DNA from: Dicyema japonicum
Taxonomy: Eukaryota; Animalia; Dicyemida
Length of the DNA stretch: 64,000 bases
Reading direction: 5' to 3'
Assembly (NCBI GenBank): GCA_011109175.1
Contig: RDEW01000001.1
Span: 1,626,360 to 1,690,359, forward strand
A program made the translations under genes and the position numbers. The notes below the pieces were generated by a model that was given only the letters and a program-made list of their open reading frames with translations, was not told where the DNA came from and did not search any database. The stretch's first letter is position 1, and every line of letters starts with the position of its first letter. Of this stretch, positions 51,820 through 64,000 are shown one piece after another.

Positions 51820-52010
51820 CACATGTTCACGTGACGATACCTATAAACAGCCCGTACATTAACATTGAACTAAGATTAACTTCAATCGATGTCATTTTTA
51901 TTCATTAAACACAACGAACAGCATTTTCTAATTTATCAAGCCACTTTTTCACTGTTATTTAGTATTTTGGACAACTTTCTCGTTATCTTTTGATTGAATT
52001 TTTTGACAAG
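51820..52010 (-). mobile_element. Ginger-like element end fragment
   Basis: Matches 2720-2770 (terminal region) and the FNQKITRKLSKILNNSEK integrase tail. Confidence 0.65.
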
Positions 52011-54530
52011 GACGTACAAATATCGCACGTAAATTCGGTGGGAAAACGTCTTAGCGACCCGCACTCTGAGGTTCGTGTTAGATAGCAACACTCTGATCAT
52101 ACTGACAGAATCAGGGTCCAAGAATTGTTCCAGTATCCTGAGAAGTAGACCACGGCGGACAGTGTCAAGGCCCTAGAGATTCTATTAGTGGACGTAGGTT
52201 TTCAACAGGCCCAGCATGCTTGTTAGGTTTTTATATTAAAAAACCGGATACAATGGCGAGGTATTCTTTTTTTATAAACATAGAGTTGAGTAGGTAGTTC
52301 CGCCAGTTTGTCGGTTAGTGCAGGCGGCCTGTATTTGAAAAGTTCAGAATTGATCCCATTCGCTCCAGGGTAGCGGGCAATCTTATGTTTGACCATTGCA
52401 TTCGAGATTTCGCAAGGTGTGATAGCTTTATCCAGTTGGGTGGCGTATCCACATGTATGATCTGATATTTCTCCGTGGACAGTTATTATATCCTCGAAAT
52501 ACGACGGAATATATTCAGCCTGATCTTTGAGATTTGTTAAGAATCTTCCATTCCCGTCATGGAGTTTGAGTTTGTTCGTTTGTTTTTTTCTGTTGAGCAG
52601 GCGGATTGCAGTGAACATTCTTGATGAGTCCTTGAACTGTTCAACTTCTGCACTCTTAGATCAAGTAGGTTAGTGACGTGCCTCTTATTCAAAATATTAA
52701 TGGTTTTATTTGGTGGATGCTCTTCTAGACATCAAGATTTGTTTTCTGTTCGGATCAGACGTATTTTCCAGCTGTAATCTTAGTTCCCTTCGTTCTTTAA
52801 CGAGGGCGGGGACATCTGGATGTATACAATTTTTAAGCAGTGCTGGGGACCAGGTTTCGATACTCCCATTTGCTGCCGAAAGGATCCCTTTCATTGTCTC
52901 CGCCCAGGTGCCTCCTGGAGGAAGTCGGCATCCAGGTTCCGAAGGAATCTCGTAATTGACATTTGGTAGTTGTCTCTGATCGATGTAGAGGAGGGGTTCC
53001 CAACCAGTGGTGCTCGAGGAAAATTTTAAGGGGTGCGAGATTTTAAAAATTTATAGTTAATTTTTTAAAAGGAAATTTTTTTTAAAATCATAAATATCTA
53101 TTATTTTTTAATTAATAACTACCTAACTACTTTTTTTGGTTGGAAACTAAATTTATATGACTACATTCTCTAACGTGGTTTTGCTCTGAACCATCGAATT
53201 TTTAAAACAATTTTCAGTGATCTTGGCAACCATCATTCTACTTTATTATATCACACCGAAATTCGCTGATTCAAGCGAGGTCAAGCCTTAACCCGCTTTT
53301 TTGAGTTAAGAAAAATAAAATTATTTCTTCATGAACGTATCATGATTTGCTGTAAGATTTGGAATCACTTGAATTTATCCAAATGCTGGCTTATTTGGTC
53401 GACATTTTTACTCACATGAATAATTAGAGTTTATCTCTTCAAGTGACAGATGTTAACATACTCAAGTGTCGCAAAAAATGGATGCATTCAAAATAAATTA
53501 TCTCTTTGGCGTCGACGAATAGAAACATGCAATTTTGCGAATTTTCAACCCTAACAAATGGCCACAATTCAATGAATATTACTTTTCGTGAAGAAATTGT
53601 CTCATTTAGACATATTGTCCAAATCTTTTAAACTAAATAATTCGGAGGAATGGATTTTGACCCCATTTTGAAAAGTATGTCTGATGATCATGAACTCGAG
53701 GGAAATCTGATTGAGCTTCGAACAAACCGTACACTTCAAATAGAATTTCGCAATTGTACATTGGAGGAGTTTCGTAGTTCAGTAGTGAAAATGTATCCAC
53801 GATTATCTCAAACTGATTTATATGAACTTACTCCATTTGCAACGACATACTTGTGTATATCAGGATTCAGCTCTCTTTTGGCAATTAAAAATAAATACAG
53901 AAATCGCCTGAATTCAGAACATAAAATTCGTATTACGACTAGCAGCAAAATCCCAAGATTCGACAAAATCATGAAAAATAAACAAGAACAAAAAATCCAT
54001 TAATTGTTCACTTTTATTGTGTTTGATTGTTACATTTTTTATTTTTTTTATAGATTAGCTAACTGCTGGTTAAATTAAAAAACAATAATATAAATTGAAA
54101 ATGAATTACAACGGAAACTCTTAAAGGAGGCTAGTTTACCGAGCTGCCCTCTATTCCATGCACTATCGAAATATCTACAATCATACAGAAATTTTGAGCT
54201 GATGCCATGTCCAATGAGAAGAGCTGTTCAGGATTCTCGACCCCGCCGGACTCGTCCTCTTCTTTATCGGTCTGGGATCACTTAGTTGATGAGAACTTTT
54301 ATTTCTTTCTCTTTGACCCAGTGATCCTGGGGTAATAATAATAAAATGTTCTTTGGGTGCGAAACTTATGAAAAAAGAATTATGGGTGCGAGCCCTAAAA
54401 TGTTGGAACCCCTGATGTAGAGCAACAAGATGTTCCATTTTGTAGCTTCTTATTACATCTACGTTTGGCTCTCTTCGTCGTAGGTCAGTTGATTTTTTCG
54501 TTGTGAACTTGGCAGAGACTATATTGTGAT
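52010..54530 (-). mobile_element. RTE-like LINE relic interrupted by a hAT element
   Basis: MFTAIRLL...ITPCEISNAM...PGANGINSELFKY; the reading frame continues across the hAT insertion. Confidence 0.7.
52991..54414 (+). mobile_element. hAT (Charlie/Buster-like) transposon, internally deleted
   Basis: TIRs (G/C)AGGGGTTCC(C)AAC; perfect 8-bp TSD ATGTAGAG at 52983-52990 and 54415-54422; LLYHTEIR*..RGQALTRF, LAYLVDIF and PFATTYLC.SGFS...IKNKYRNRL. Confidence 0.9.
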
Positions 54531-54821
54531 CACTATCGATGGCTGCACCCCCATAAGTCCTCGAGGCACGTAGGAGTGATTTTTATTTGACTCGGCAAAT
54601 GATGTAGTCAATTTTGTTGAAAATGCTAATAGAGCCTTTGGTAGGGAAGAATCGTTGTCAGTCAATGTCGTTTTATGACGCGGGGGGTGTTGGAAACCAA
54701 TATTACATAGGAAGAGAACAAATGCCTGGGAAAATTCTGCCAAGATAGTTCCCGGAAAGTTTCTGATTCCTCTTACGTGCAGGCCATTGAAGCTTTCATT
54801 TAACCAACGAGTTCCCATTTT

Positions 54822-55123
54822 CCAAGGATTTTTAGTATTAGAAGGCATAGAACAATAAGAAATCATTTTACAATGTAGGCAGAATTCCACGCAAATTGAT
54901 TTGTTCTGTTCCGAAGATGTTTAGTTACATTAGCAGTTTAAATTATCACTTTCATCGAATTTGTGTCGCTGTAAATTATTTTAGTCTTTTATAAAAAAAC
55001 ATGCCTGGTTAGCTCAGTCGGTAGAGCATCTGACTTTTAATCCGATGGTCGCGGGTTCGAGTCCCGTGTCAGGCTTTTTGTTTCTTTTCAAATATCTTTT
55101 GCTACATTTTTTCTACAGTATTG
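54822..55123 (+). repeat. ~300-bp duplicated unit carrying tRNA-Lys; second copy at 63712-64000
   Basis: About 180 bp upstream and at least 45 bp downstream of the tRNA are collinear with high identity. Confidence 0.9.
55003..55075 (+). tRNA. trnK-UUU: tRNA-Lys (anticodon TTT)
   Basis: GCCTGGTTAGCTCAGTCGGTAGAGCATCTGACTTTTAATCCGATGGTCGCGGGTTCGAGTCCCGTGTCAGGCT; cloverleaf with two G-U pairs in the acceptor stem; T-run terminator. Confidence 0.85.
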
Positions 55124-55279
55124 AAACTAAGAAAAAGTTTTATCTAGCATCTTGGTTCGTTTCGCTCACAGCCTGCTAGTTCCTGCCAGAGCTATTTCTC
55201 GACGTTTCAGGTCCTATTTGTCGTTTTCCTATTTATCTTTACCAAAAAAAGCATCTTACAGAAAGTTTAACTTCAAAAG

Positions 55280-58000
55280 TCAATTATTATTATTTAAGCA
55301 CTTCACGAGAGCAATACTAACTATATGCAAAAGAAACAAGGTTAGATGTCATCTTTTTCCATGCTCCCCTGTTCCTAGCCAAGGCTCTCATGTTGTCCAG
55401 GTCGTCGGCATTTTTTAGATTTCTTTTGATAGTGACCAGGTCTTTTAGTAAAACTATTGGCAGTGTTGTTCTAGGTCTTCCACGATAGCGGCCTTCTTGT
55501 CTAACATAGTATGTTTCCATAAATATGTTCGGTGAGGATGTTAATTCCATCCTGTTTGTTTCAAATTTTCTTGAATAGGTCTTTCCGACTCTCACATGGA
55601 GGAGCTCAGTGTTGGAAAGTATAATTCGGGTCATCCTTAGACTCGACTCATTAAGAAATCAGCTCAGTACCCCCATTAACTTGTTCTTGTTAACCGTATC
55701 AAAAACTAGGTCAATTCCAGAATATTGGTGACGTTACGGTATCTTTGATGTGTTGCACGCCTCCATCTGTGATTCCAGACTGCATCAGTTGTGGATTTCC
55801 CTTCTCGAAAACCACTTCGGCTATCTGGTAGGTATTTGTGTTAAGATCCTTTTATTCGTTCAAGCACAATGTTTGCCAAGACTTTGCGTAATGAATTTAG
55901 TAGTATGATGGGTCGCAAATTTTCGAGCGATCCTCTGGTTTTGTTGATCTTTTGTATGGGGATTAGTAGTCCCGTACCCAGAGGTAGAGTTGAGTTAGTT
56001 GAAAACATTTCATTTAGTAGTGTAGGGATTTTTTCAAAAAGGAGGTGTTTATCGCATCAGTTTTTCGGCAGGCCGTTTTGATTTCCTCGGCCGTGATTGG
56101 TATCTCCAAGGGTCTTGGCCTTCCATCAAATGGATGGATTTCTATGGTTTTGATGTTGTAAAGCTTCTCAAAATGAGCCGCGATGGCTTCAGTTTGTTCT
56201 TCGGTGTTCAGTATCAGCTTACCGTTCTCGTTTTTATGGTTAGTCGACTTCGGTTTGTTCGCCGCAGCAAATTATTAGTCTTATGCGGCCTGGACACTTC
56301 CGATGCACCTCGTCTCCATTTTAATCAAGTCCTAGCGTCGTATCCTATGAATCCTCTAAACGCCTCTATATCAATAACGTAGTAGGTAAAAAGCTAGTAA
56401 ACCCATCTCCCGTTAGTTCTCCCATAGTAGGTCTAGAGATTTTGACCCTTTGTCTACTGCGCCTTTCGATAGGTTCTTTCGTTTGTAATATGTTTCTTCA
56501 CCCTGTAATAGATTTCTCCACTTTGTAATAGTTTCCATCGTTTGTTTCTTCGCCTGGGGAGATTCCCTCGCAGTGCAATAGATTCCTTCGTTTTGTAACA
56601 TGGCCCTTGTAATGTGCATCTTCTTTTTGGAACTCTTTCGACTTGAGAACATGACAGTAGCACCAATGTCACGCGTCGTCGTGGTGCCTGGTATTTATAT
56701 ATAATTGTATCCCTGTAGCATTGTAATGTTGGTTTTTTTCACTTTAGTCTCGATGACCACCAGGATGTCAATCTTGGTGGACGACAGGAGTAGTGCCAGG
56801 GCATGACGCGACTTCCTCAGGGATCGGGCATTCACCAGCACTATCTTCAGGTTTTTTTCAGTTTTCTTTAGGTGGCCCGGGCTCTCCATTATGTCTTCCA
56901 GTTCCTTTGCAATTCTCCCTGATATCTTTCCTCTGGGTAGCCAGGCCGATTTTTGTGGATGAGAACTGGTTCATTCTTGTTAATCCTTGGGCTAATTATT
57001 CTTTTTTCGGTTGGTGGTTGCACTTTGTTGGTTACAACATTTATCTGTTTCGGTTCCATATTGTTGATTCGGGGACTTAGGTTTCGCCTAGCCTCTACTA
57101 GCACAGGGCATCCTCCATATCTGGCACCGTGTTTGTTGATCCGCAGTTAACGCACTTAGGTTCGAGACCCGGGTCCGTACTGCACTTGGAGGTGTCATGC
57201 TCTCCCGCACAACGGAAGCATTTCTTCTTTCCCTCTCCAGCACTGGTATGCAAAGTGAACGACCTGTTGACAGTTGTAGCAGATCGGCGGTCCTCTTCTC
57301 ATCCACTCACAGGAGATCTTGTTAGTTCCAATGTAGCATATTAGCGATATGGCCTCCGATTTACTATTAATTGAGGCCTTCGCCATTGGCATGGGCTGCG
57401 ATCCTTTGGACATTCGGGTAACTTTTGTAGTCGAGAGAGCCATCTCCTGGAGGTAGTCCAAGAGGTCGTCCTCCTTCACCCAGAAAAATAGGGTGCTGAG
57501 GACAATCTCAGACGGTTTTATTGAAAGTGTTTGAATCGGTGGTTGTCTGGATCAAAGGGACAGGTCTCATTCACGGCCTCCATATAGGTGGTCATATGGA
57601 GGTTGTCTCGGAAATCCAGTCGGAAGGAGCCCGATCCTCTATGGCTCATCCTCATACATCCGTACCGGTCATAGAGGTATGGAATGTTCGAGATCCTTAT
57701 CACTGGTAGCGGAATTGACTGTTATCAATAGAGACAAGTTGTCTGTGGGATTATCTTTCATGGGTTCGTTTGCTTGTTTGGCAATTTCTGAGGAGTCGTG
57801 TTTCATAGGTTCATTGGCAGGTTTAGCAGCTTCTGTCTCGCACGGCGTTTTGTTGTCCAATTTGAAGGAATCAGCCATAGCACTTCCCGGAGGACGAGAA
57901 GAGCCGCTGGTTTTGATTGATGCAACTTTCGTTGTCGTCGCTCGTTTAGATCTTTCGTACTAACTTTTTGTACCACCATCGATTGTGTTTTCAATTGTTT
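55280..58000 (-). mobile_element. Near full-span decayed LINE: gag-like ORF1 with zinc knuckles, APE, RT and (TAA)n tail
   Basis: PPICYNCQQVVHFAYQC, CFRCAGEHDTSKC and CVNCG; LVNARSLRKS...DILVVIETK; LIPIQK...NLRPIILLNSLRK; GRYRGRPRTTLP. Confidence 0.85.
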
Positions 58001-58038
58001 GTCGTGTTTAGCGTTAAAAAATATACGAATTCAACGTA

Positions 58039-59560
58039 CAGTAAAGTCTCTCGAATCCCCCAATTATAACTAATAAGTTCTCTAATCCGCCATTTTGTCT
58101 AACAAAATTTCTCAAATCCGCCAGATTTTTTTAAATGAATCTTTATGTCTTCTAATTTTAAATAATTTTTTAATAATTTTATAGGTAAATGATTTTTTTA
58201 AATAAAATAATTTTTAAACAAAAAAACAAATATCAGTTGAAGAAGCCGGCTGCTTGGATTGCAAACGAGTTCCCTCAGAGTATGGCCATTCCAATCTTTT
58301 GTCTCAGCCATAACCCTTATCGTTGATCCCTTTTTTTCTGGAAAGCATTCCTCCGAGTTCTCGCAAGAACTCAGCCGTCCTTGGACCAACGGCTCTCGAT
58401 GTTTCAGTCGCAACAGGAGTATATCGGTAGCGGTCCCCGAAGCAAGAATATTTCTTGATTTTTAGGTTCTCCGCAGTCGACTTAACTCGTTGTTATTGCT
58501 TATTGTTGTTAACTTATTAACACGTTGTTATTGCTTATTGTTATTTTCATGAAACGTAACTGTACACGATTTAAAATCAAAAAATTGCCATTTTAAAGTT
58601 TATTGAATCGAATATTGAACTATTTTCGATAAAAATTTCAGAAAATTTTCCAAAAAATATAATGCACCTATTTCTCGTAGATCTATTGATGTTCTGAAAG
58701 GAAAGAGGATAAAAGATGTTGAATAACTTACGATCTGACATTTCTCGCAAAGAATATTTAAAGTCTAGTGAAGTCGATTATGATACGATTTCTTGGGGTA
58801 ATTCAATGGATGTAAAAAAGCCATTTTGAACGATGAAATTATTACTGAAAGACAAAACATTTTCATCGAAACGAAGGATCACTGATTTCAAAAAAAGCAA
58901 GGGGTGGCTTGTTAAATTTAAAAAGAAGAATGATTTGAAGTTACGAAATATGCATGGAGAATCTGCAACTCTAAATTTTGACCCTAATTGGTATCAGATT
59001 TTATTGAATTGATCAAAAATAAAATCAATCTTTACGGAGCTCAAAATATTTATAATGCCGACAAACTGGTTTATTTTACAAAATGATACCGTCCAAAAGT
59101 GTTTGTAAAAAATTTAAATCAGGTTATAAAGTATTGATAGGCAGAGTTTAGTCATGTACAAATGTGGACGGTACAGATAATCGAACACCCTTACTAATTG
59201 GGATGTTTAAAAATCCTAGATGTTCCAAAAATTTTGATATTAAAAAATATGTCACATATTCTAATTCAAAAAAGCATGGATGGATAGCCGAATTTTTAAT
59301 CAATTTCTTTTGAAATGGCAAATAGAATTTGATTTGAATGATTCGGAGAAAATAGAACAAAAAATTGATAGTGAAAAACCCCTTGAAGAAAGTCAGAAAG
59401 GTGTAACTATAAACGAGGATTTTCTAGAATTAAATAAATTAAAAGAATTCTATAATCAAGAAGAATTCTATAATGTCGATAATCTTGAGTCTATTGAAAA
59501 GTTTGGATCTTCAATGATCTATAAAAAGAAACAAATCAAAACTTACTGATTTTTTTGCTT
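58039..59560 (+). mobile_element. Tigger/pogo transposon 5' part
   Basis: TA|CAGTAAAGTCTCTCGAAT terminus; SKGWLVKFKK...RNMHGESA, NIYNAD..GLFYKMIP, IGMFKNPRC and KAWMDSRIF. Confidence 0.85.
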
Positions 59561-59599
59561 ATAAATAATTTTTTTAATACGGTGACAACTAACTTCGAT

Positions 59600-60290
59600 C
59601 GGAGGCGATGTACACGTATATGCAAGACCGCATATTTTTTGGGGTCGATCAACAAATACATGTCCCCATTGTAAGTCAAGGAGAATGTCGGTTGATCATT
59701 TAGCCATCGATATGGATCCATGCTCTGCCACGACTATGTGTGGAAGCACAAGAGGTAGTAAGGAATCTTCGTCTTCTACTATGCAATAAGTATGGTATTC
59801 GCCACACCAGAAAGTTGCGGACTCATAAGGTGCAATCTGTAGTAGAGAACACCAGGGTCCAAATTAAAGTAGAAGTGTTATCCGTACCTCCATGCTAGTC
59901 AAGCACTATAAACCGGATATTGTCGTACACAATAAGGAGCCTGGCCAAGTCCTTATCATAGAAGTTGGCATTATGTCTCAAGACCGTTTGCAGACTGTGG
60001 AGATGGAGAAAAAAAGGAAGTATGACTTGCTTGCAAACGAGATGGAGCAGATGCTTAGTTGCAAGGTCCTCGTTATTCCAATATAATGACGTGGGAAGGA
60101 ATTGCAACAAAGTACCACAAGGGTTATCTGAAACAGTTGGGGGTAGATAGGAAGCTCCAGCTTTATCTACAGTCCACTGTATTAAAGCGGACCCTAGAGA
60201 GCCTGACACTGGAGTATAGGAGGTCGAACCTGCCTGAGGAGGCTGGCGAACAGGCAGGCGAGGAAGGTTGTTGATTATTTAATATTAATT
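59600..60290 (+). mobile_element. RLE non-LTR element 3' fragment (R4/NeSL-like, distinct from the CRE-like copies)
   Basis: CPHCK...HLA.R zinc knuckle; KPDIVV...LIIEVGI...EKKRKYDLLA PD-(D/E)xK nuclease. Confidence 0.85.
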
Positions 60291-60344
60291 TTTTATTGTT
60301 GGTTAAATAAAGTGGGTTATCTTAATGGATGAAAAAAATCAATA

Positions 60345-60990
60345 AGTCTCTCGAATTCGCCAAATTTGAGACCTGGGAAATTACGGCGGATTCGAGAGTT
60401 TGGCGGATTTGAGAGGCAATTTTGAATTTTTTATTAATTAATAAAATGCATTTTTTACATTTTAAAGAATAATTAAAAAATGAAAACATTTATTTCCTTC
60501 AAAAAAATCAGTTATTCTCGTTTTAATGTTCGTTTTGATGTTTCTACTATCATCATCAAGGATATTAAAGACTTTTAAGTTAACTTCATCCTTCTGTATG
60601 AGATACTTCCTCTATGTATAGACAGCATTCATTGCATCATAGCCTAAAACGACTTGTTCATTATTTTGTTCTTTATCATTAATGCATTCTTTGTCTTTAT
60701 CATTTTCATCAAAATTTTCCAGGATCTCTTCATTCTCTAAACTCATAGAGAAGAAACTCATCTTCTGAATTGGATCATTTATTTACAGTCTTGCATGAAT
60801 TCTTGATAAGTTTTAGGCGAAAACTCGTCATTAATTTCTTCAATAAAGTCTTCGGTTCATTTAGCATGTCAAAAAGTTTTTTTATTTTTGCACTATTTAG
60901 TTTTTTCCACGCTTGATAGATATAAATTGTAGCATCATTAAGACTTATTTCTTTACATGCCTCGGTTTATGATTTTCCGAGTTCAATTTT
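60345..60990 (-). mobile_element. Tigger/pogo 3' part, inverted relative to 58039-59560
   Basis: AAGTCTCTCGAATTCGCC terminal motif with GGCGGATT(C/T)GAGAG subterminal repeats; ISLNDATIYIYQAWKKL. Confidence 0.65.
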
Positions 60991-61684
60991 TTCAGTTTTT
61001 TTAATTAAAAAAATAAGAAAATGAAAAATGCCGAAAACAGACATATACAAAATGTATCGGTTCAGTAGAGAAACACGAGGAAATGATGAGGTCGCTAATA
61101 AGAGATGCAGAATTCCTGGCAAAAATTCTGCTAAGATAGTTCCCGGAAAGTTTCTGATTCCTTTTCAGTGCAGGCCAATGACGCTTTCATTTTCACTACG
61201 AGTTCCCACTTTCGCATTCCAGTCTCCGGAATGAACAATAATTATGATGAATTAAAGTCTGTTAATGTCCTTCTCAATTCCTTGTAGAACAGGTCGAGTT
61301 CTTCAAGATTTTTCAGGATACGTTCACTGTGTGGTGTGTAAACGTTGATAATTGAGATTAGTCTCCTCGAATTTCTGTTTGATCTTGTACGTAGTTGTAA
61401 GACACTGATTCTGTCATTGACTTTCCAGTAACAATATAATCCGGGAATATAATTTTTGTCTATTACAAAGCCTTGTCCATAGTACCTCGATTACGAGGAA
61501 AGCAAAATTAACCGGTAATTTCCATGTATTTCATCGAGTCCATTATTTATTTTACTCTCCTGCAAGCAGCATACAGAACCTTTGTATTTCTCAACATCGG
61601 AACATACAAGGTGCCCCTTAGCCACTTATTTCAGGCCACTGATTAAAAATATGAAATTTCATAAATTTTTCATTGAAATTTAAT

Positions 61685-62060
61685 TGGATCTGAAGGTCGT
61701 GGGTTCAAATCCGAAAGATTGAGTTTTTTGCGAAGGTCAATTCTTGTTAAACAGATCCTACCTGAGGAGACGAATCCTTCTGGCATGACACAGTAGTTAA
61801 AAGGGCTTTTCCTACCTTTCTCCCTGACCAAATTCTCTGATGAAGATTGCATTATGAAATCTATTAGGACTTAGGACAAAACTAGAAGAGGGCGGACCTA
61901 CTTCCCCACCTCTCTTCGAAAACGGAAGCCTGTAATGAAGTATTGGAAGATGGATTTGGTCAGCACAAGCAGATGTTCTCCCTTTGGTTCCTTCCTCGGA
62001 TTAATTAGTTATGACTGTTGTGCTGGGCTTACAATGGTAAGCCTGGGGTTAATAATAATA
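61685..62060 (+). mobile_element. tRNA-derived SINE family B head joined to a (TAA)n-tailed retroposon 3' end
   Basis: GGTCGTGGGTTCAAATCC B-box; 5' part matches 63160-63330 (inverted) and 2050-2215 (inverted); 3' part matches 4630-4915. Confidence 0.75.
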
Positions 62061-63159
62061 TAGTGAAATTAAATAACTTAAAGAACATAAGCAACAATCC
62101 TGACTTAGGGTGAGAGATTAGTCCACATGAAGGTTTCGGCTTAGGAAACTCTGAAAAATTGTTTTCGACCAAGAAAAGGCCTATTTTTAATTGATAATAA
62201 AAGCCGCGTGCGCTATGTGGCTACTTGATTGATGATTTTTGTTTATTTCTTTCTTCTTTTTCCCAATAGAGTGGTGTCATGTTTCATATGTCTCAGGTGG
62301 TGCCCAGTGCCAGGATGGAGAGAAGCTGCTAGTACAAATCCGTAAGATTGCGGAGGATCGGATCAAGTTTCAGGAGATCAAATAGCACCAATTCATTCCT
62401 CAACAAAAATCACTTTCTACATATTTATGGATGTCGAGGGAAACAAAGAATATGAAGTTGATCAATTGACTTGAGACTTAAAATTAAGACAGATTTTGAA
62501 AATTTGTTGGATGCAGCCTAAATATGATTATTCGACGAATTTTGACAACTCAGATGTTGATATCGAAAATGAGTGCTTTTAAGGTTGTGTACAATTATTA
62601 ATTTTTAGACATAAAGTGATCCGAATATTCCCCAGTATCCGTTATACGATGGACTCATTGTATTATGCAAAATACTGTGTAATAGAAAGAGATGACATAT
62701 ATGCACTTGAAATTGAAATTGTGGAGCTTATTGAGGGAATACATGAATATAGATCCGGCAGGTTTCAGAGGAAACAACCACTCCATTCTTTGATTAATTA
62801 TCTTGATATCGAGAAAACACTCGGTTTTTGAGAAAACACTCGATCGACGTTACGTTTTTCGAGAGTCGAAGTTCTCTCTCACGACTCCTCATTTCCTCGG
62901 CCATGATTGTATTCAGGTAGGTCAACGAAGATATGTAGATAACCATTTCTCATTGTAATCCAGAAAGGCTTCAAATTTGAAGATATTTACTTGGTGATAG
63001 AGAGACTTTCGAAAAAAGAAGTCAATGAGATCATTAGGTTATACATAAATATTACAAAATGGAAAATGTCCTTCGCAAAAATCTAAATGTCCCCAGTCCT
63101 TGCTTGAAAATCTATTCAATGACCAACATGTTTTTATTCTTAGGTAGAAGAGTATTCTC

Positions 63160-63330
63160 ATTTGTAATCTTCATCAGTTGAATTGGTCAAGGAATAGGTA
63201 AGAAGATCCCTTTCATGAACTACGTAATGCCAGAAGGACTCGTCGCCTCACATGTGGTATCCGTTGACGAGAATTGGAATCTGCTAAAAACTCGATCTTT
63301 CGGATTGAACAACGACAATCAGATCTGATG
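63160..63330 (-). mobile_element. SINE family B copy
   Basis: Inverted match to 61685-61860. Confidence 0.65.
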
Positions 63331-63880
63331 TCATCAGACACTGCGTTCAGCCAAGAAGGCAAAGTGTTTTATAACATTTGAAAATTGACAATATGGATGG
63401 CATTGATTTGAGTTCCGTAGTGTAAATTTAGCTAAAGAAAAAATTTAAATAATTAAAAAAACAATGTATAAAGAATTGTAGAAATTAATCCAGGATTACT
63501 ATGAGAACCGTAAGAGGAACTAAGCACAGAGACCTGGATCATTTATTTAATAACAGCGGAAATATCGGAAAGAGAAAGAGTTGATTAACTCCTAATTAGG
63601 ATATATCCAGTTTTCATAGTCAAATTAAGGCTTGTCTTTAAGTCCATTCATATCTCCAGTTGTTAGAACACCTCGAGTAGAATAGGAAAAAAGATCCTTT
63701 CTGAACTCTGGCCAAGATTTTTAGTATTAGAAGGCATAGAACAATAAGAAATCATTTTAACATGAAGGCAAAATTCCACGCAAATTGATTTATTCTGTTC
63801 CAAAGATGTTTAGCTACATTAGCAGTTTAAATTATCACTTGTGTCGTTGTAGATTATTTTAGTCTTTTATAATGAAAGAT

Positions 63881-63953
63881 GCCTGGTTAGCTCAGTCGGT
63901 AGAGCATCTGACTTTTAATCCGATGGTCGCGGGTTCGAGTCCCGTACCAGGCT
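63881..63953 (+). tRNA. trnK-UUU: tRNA-Lys (anticodon TTT)
   Basis: Same as the 55003 copy but with a perfect acceptor stem GCCTGGT/ACCAGGC; T-run terminator. Confidence 0.9.
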
Positions 63954-64000
63954 TTTTGTTTCTATTCAAATATTTTTTGCTACATTTATTCTACAGTATT

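Overview
AT-rich eukaryotic (most likely animal) genomic DNA, not prokaryotic. Eight host genes sit in compact islands and are split by about 58 micro-introns, nearly all 21-27 nt GT-AG, which is why the ORF track fragments or misses them: an MGME1-like gene, galactose mutarotase, frataxin, WBP11, NF-YC, FCF1/UTP24, eIF5B and mitochondrial aconitase. There are two tRNA-Lys(TTT) copies inside a duplicated ~300-bp unit. Most of the rest is decayed transposon debris: CRE-like and other RLE non-LTR elements, RTE-like and I/Jockey-like LINEs, Tigger/pogo, hAT, Ginger-like integrase transposons and tRNA-derived SINEs. The intron sizes suggest a highly derived parasite such as a dicyemid or myxozoan; this is inference only. 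The most interesting signals are (1) an MGME1 homolog whose PD-(D/E)xK catalytic residues all appear substituted, (2) the micro-intron splicing code (GTT donors, GAG acceptors chosen over an upstream TAG, a possible 14-17 nt intron, a U12-like relic), and (3) a Ginger-like transposase carrying a host-sized intron. Several single-base frameshifts in essential genes are probably consensus errors. All homology calls come from manual translation and remembered family motifs; no searches were run.
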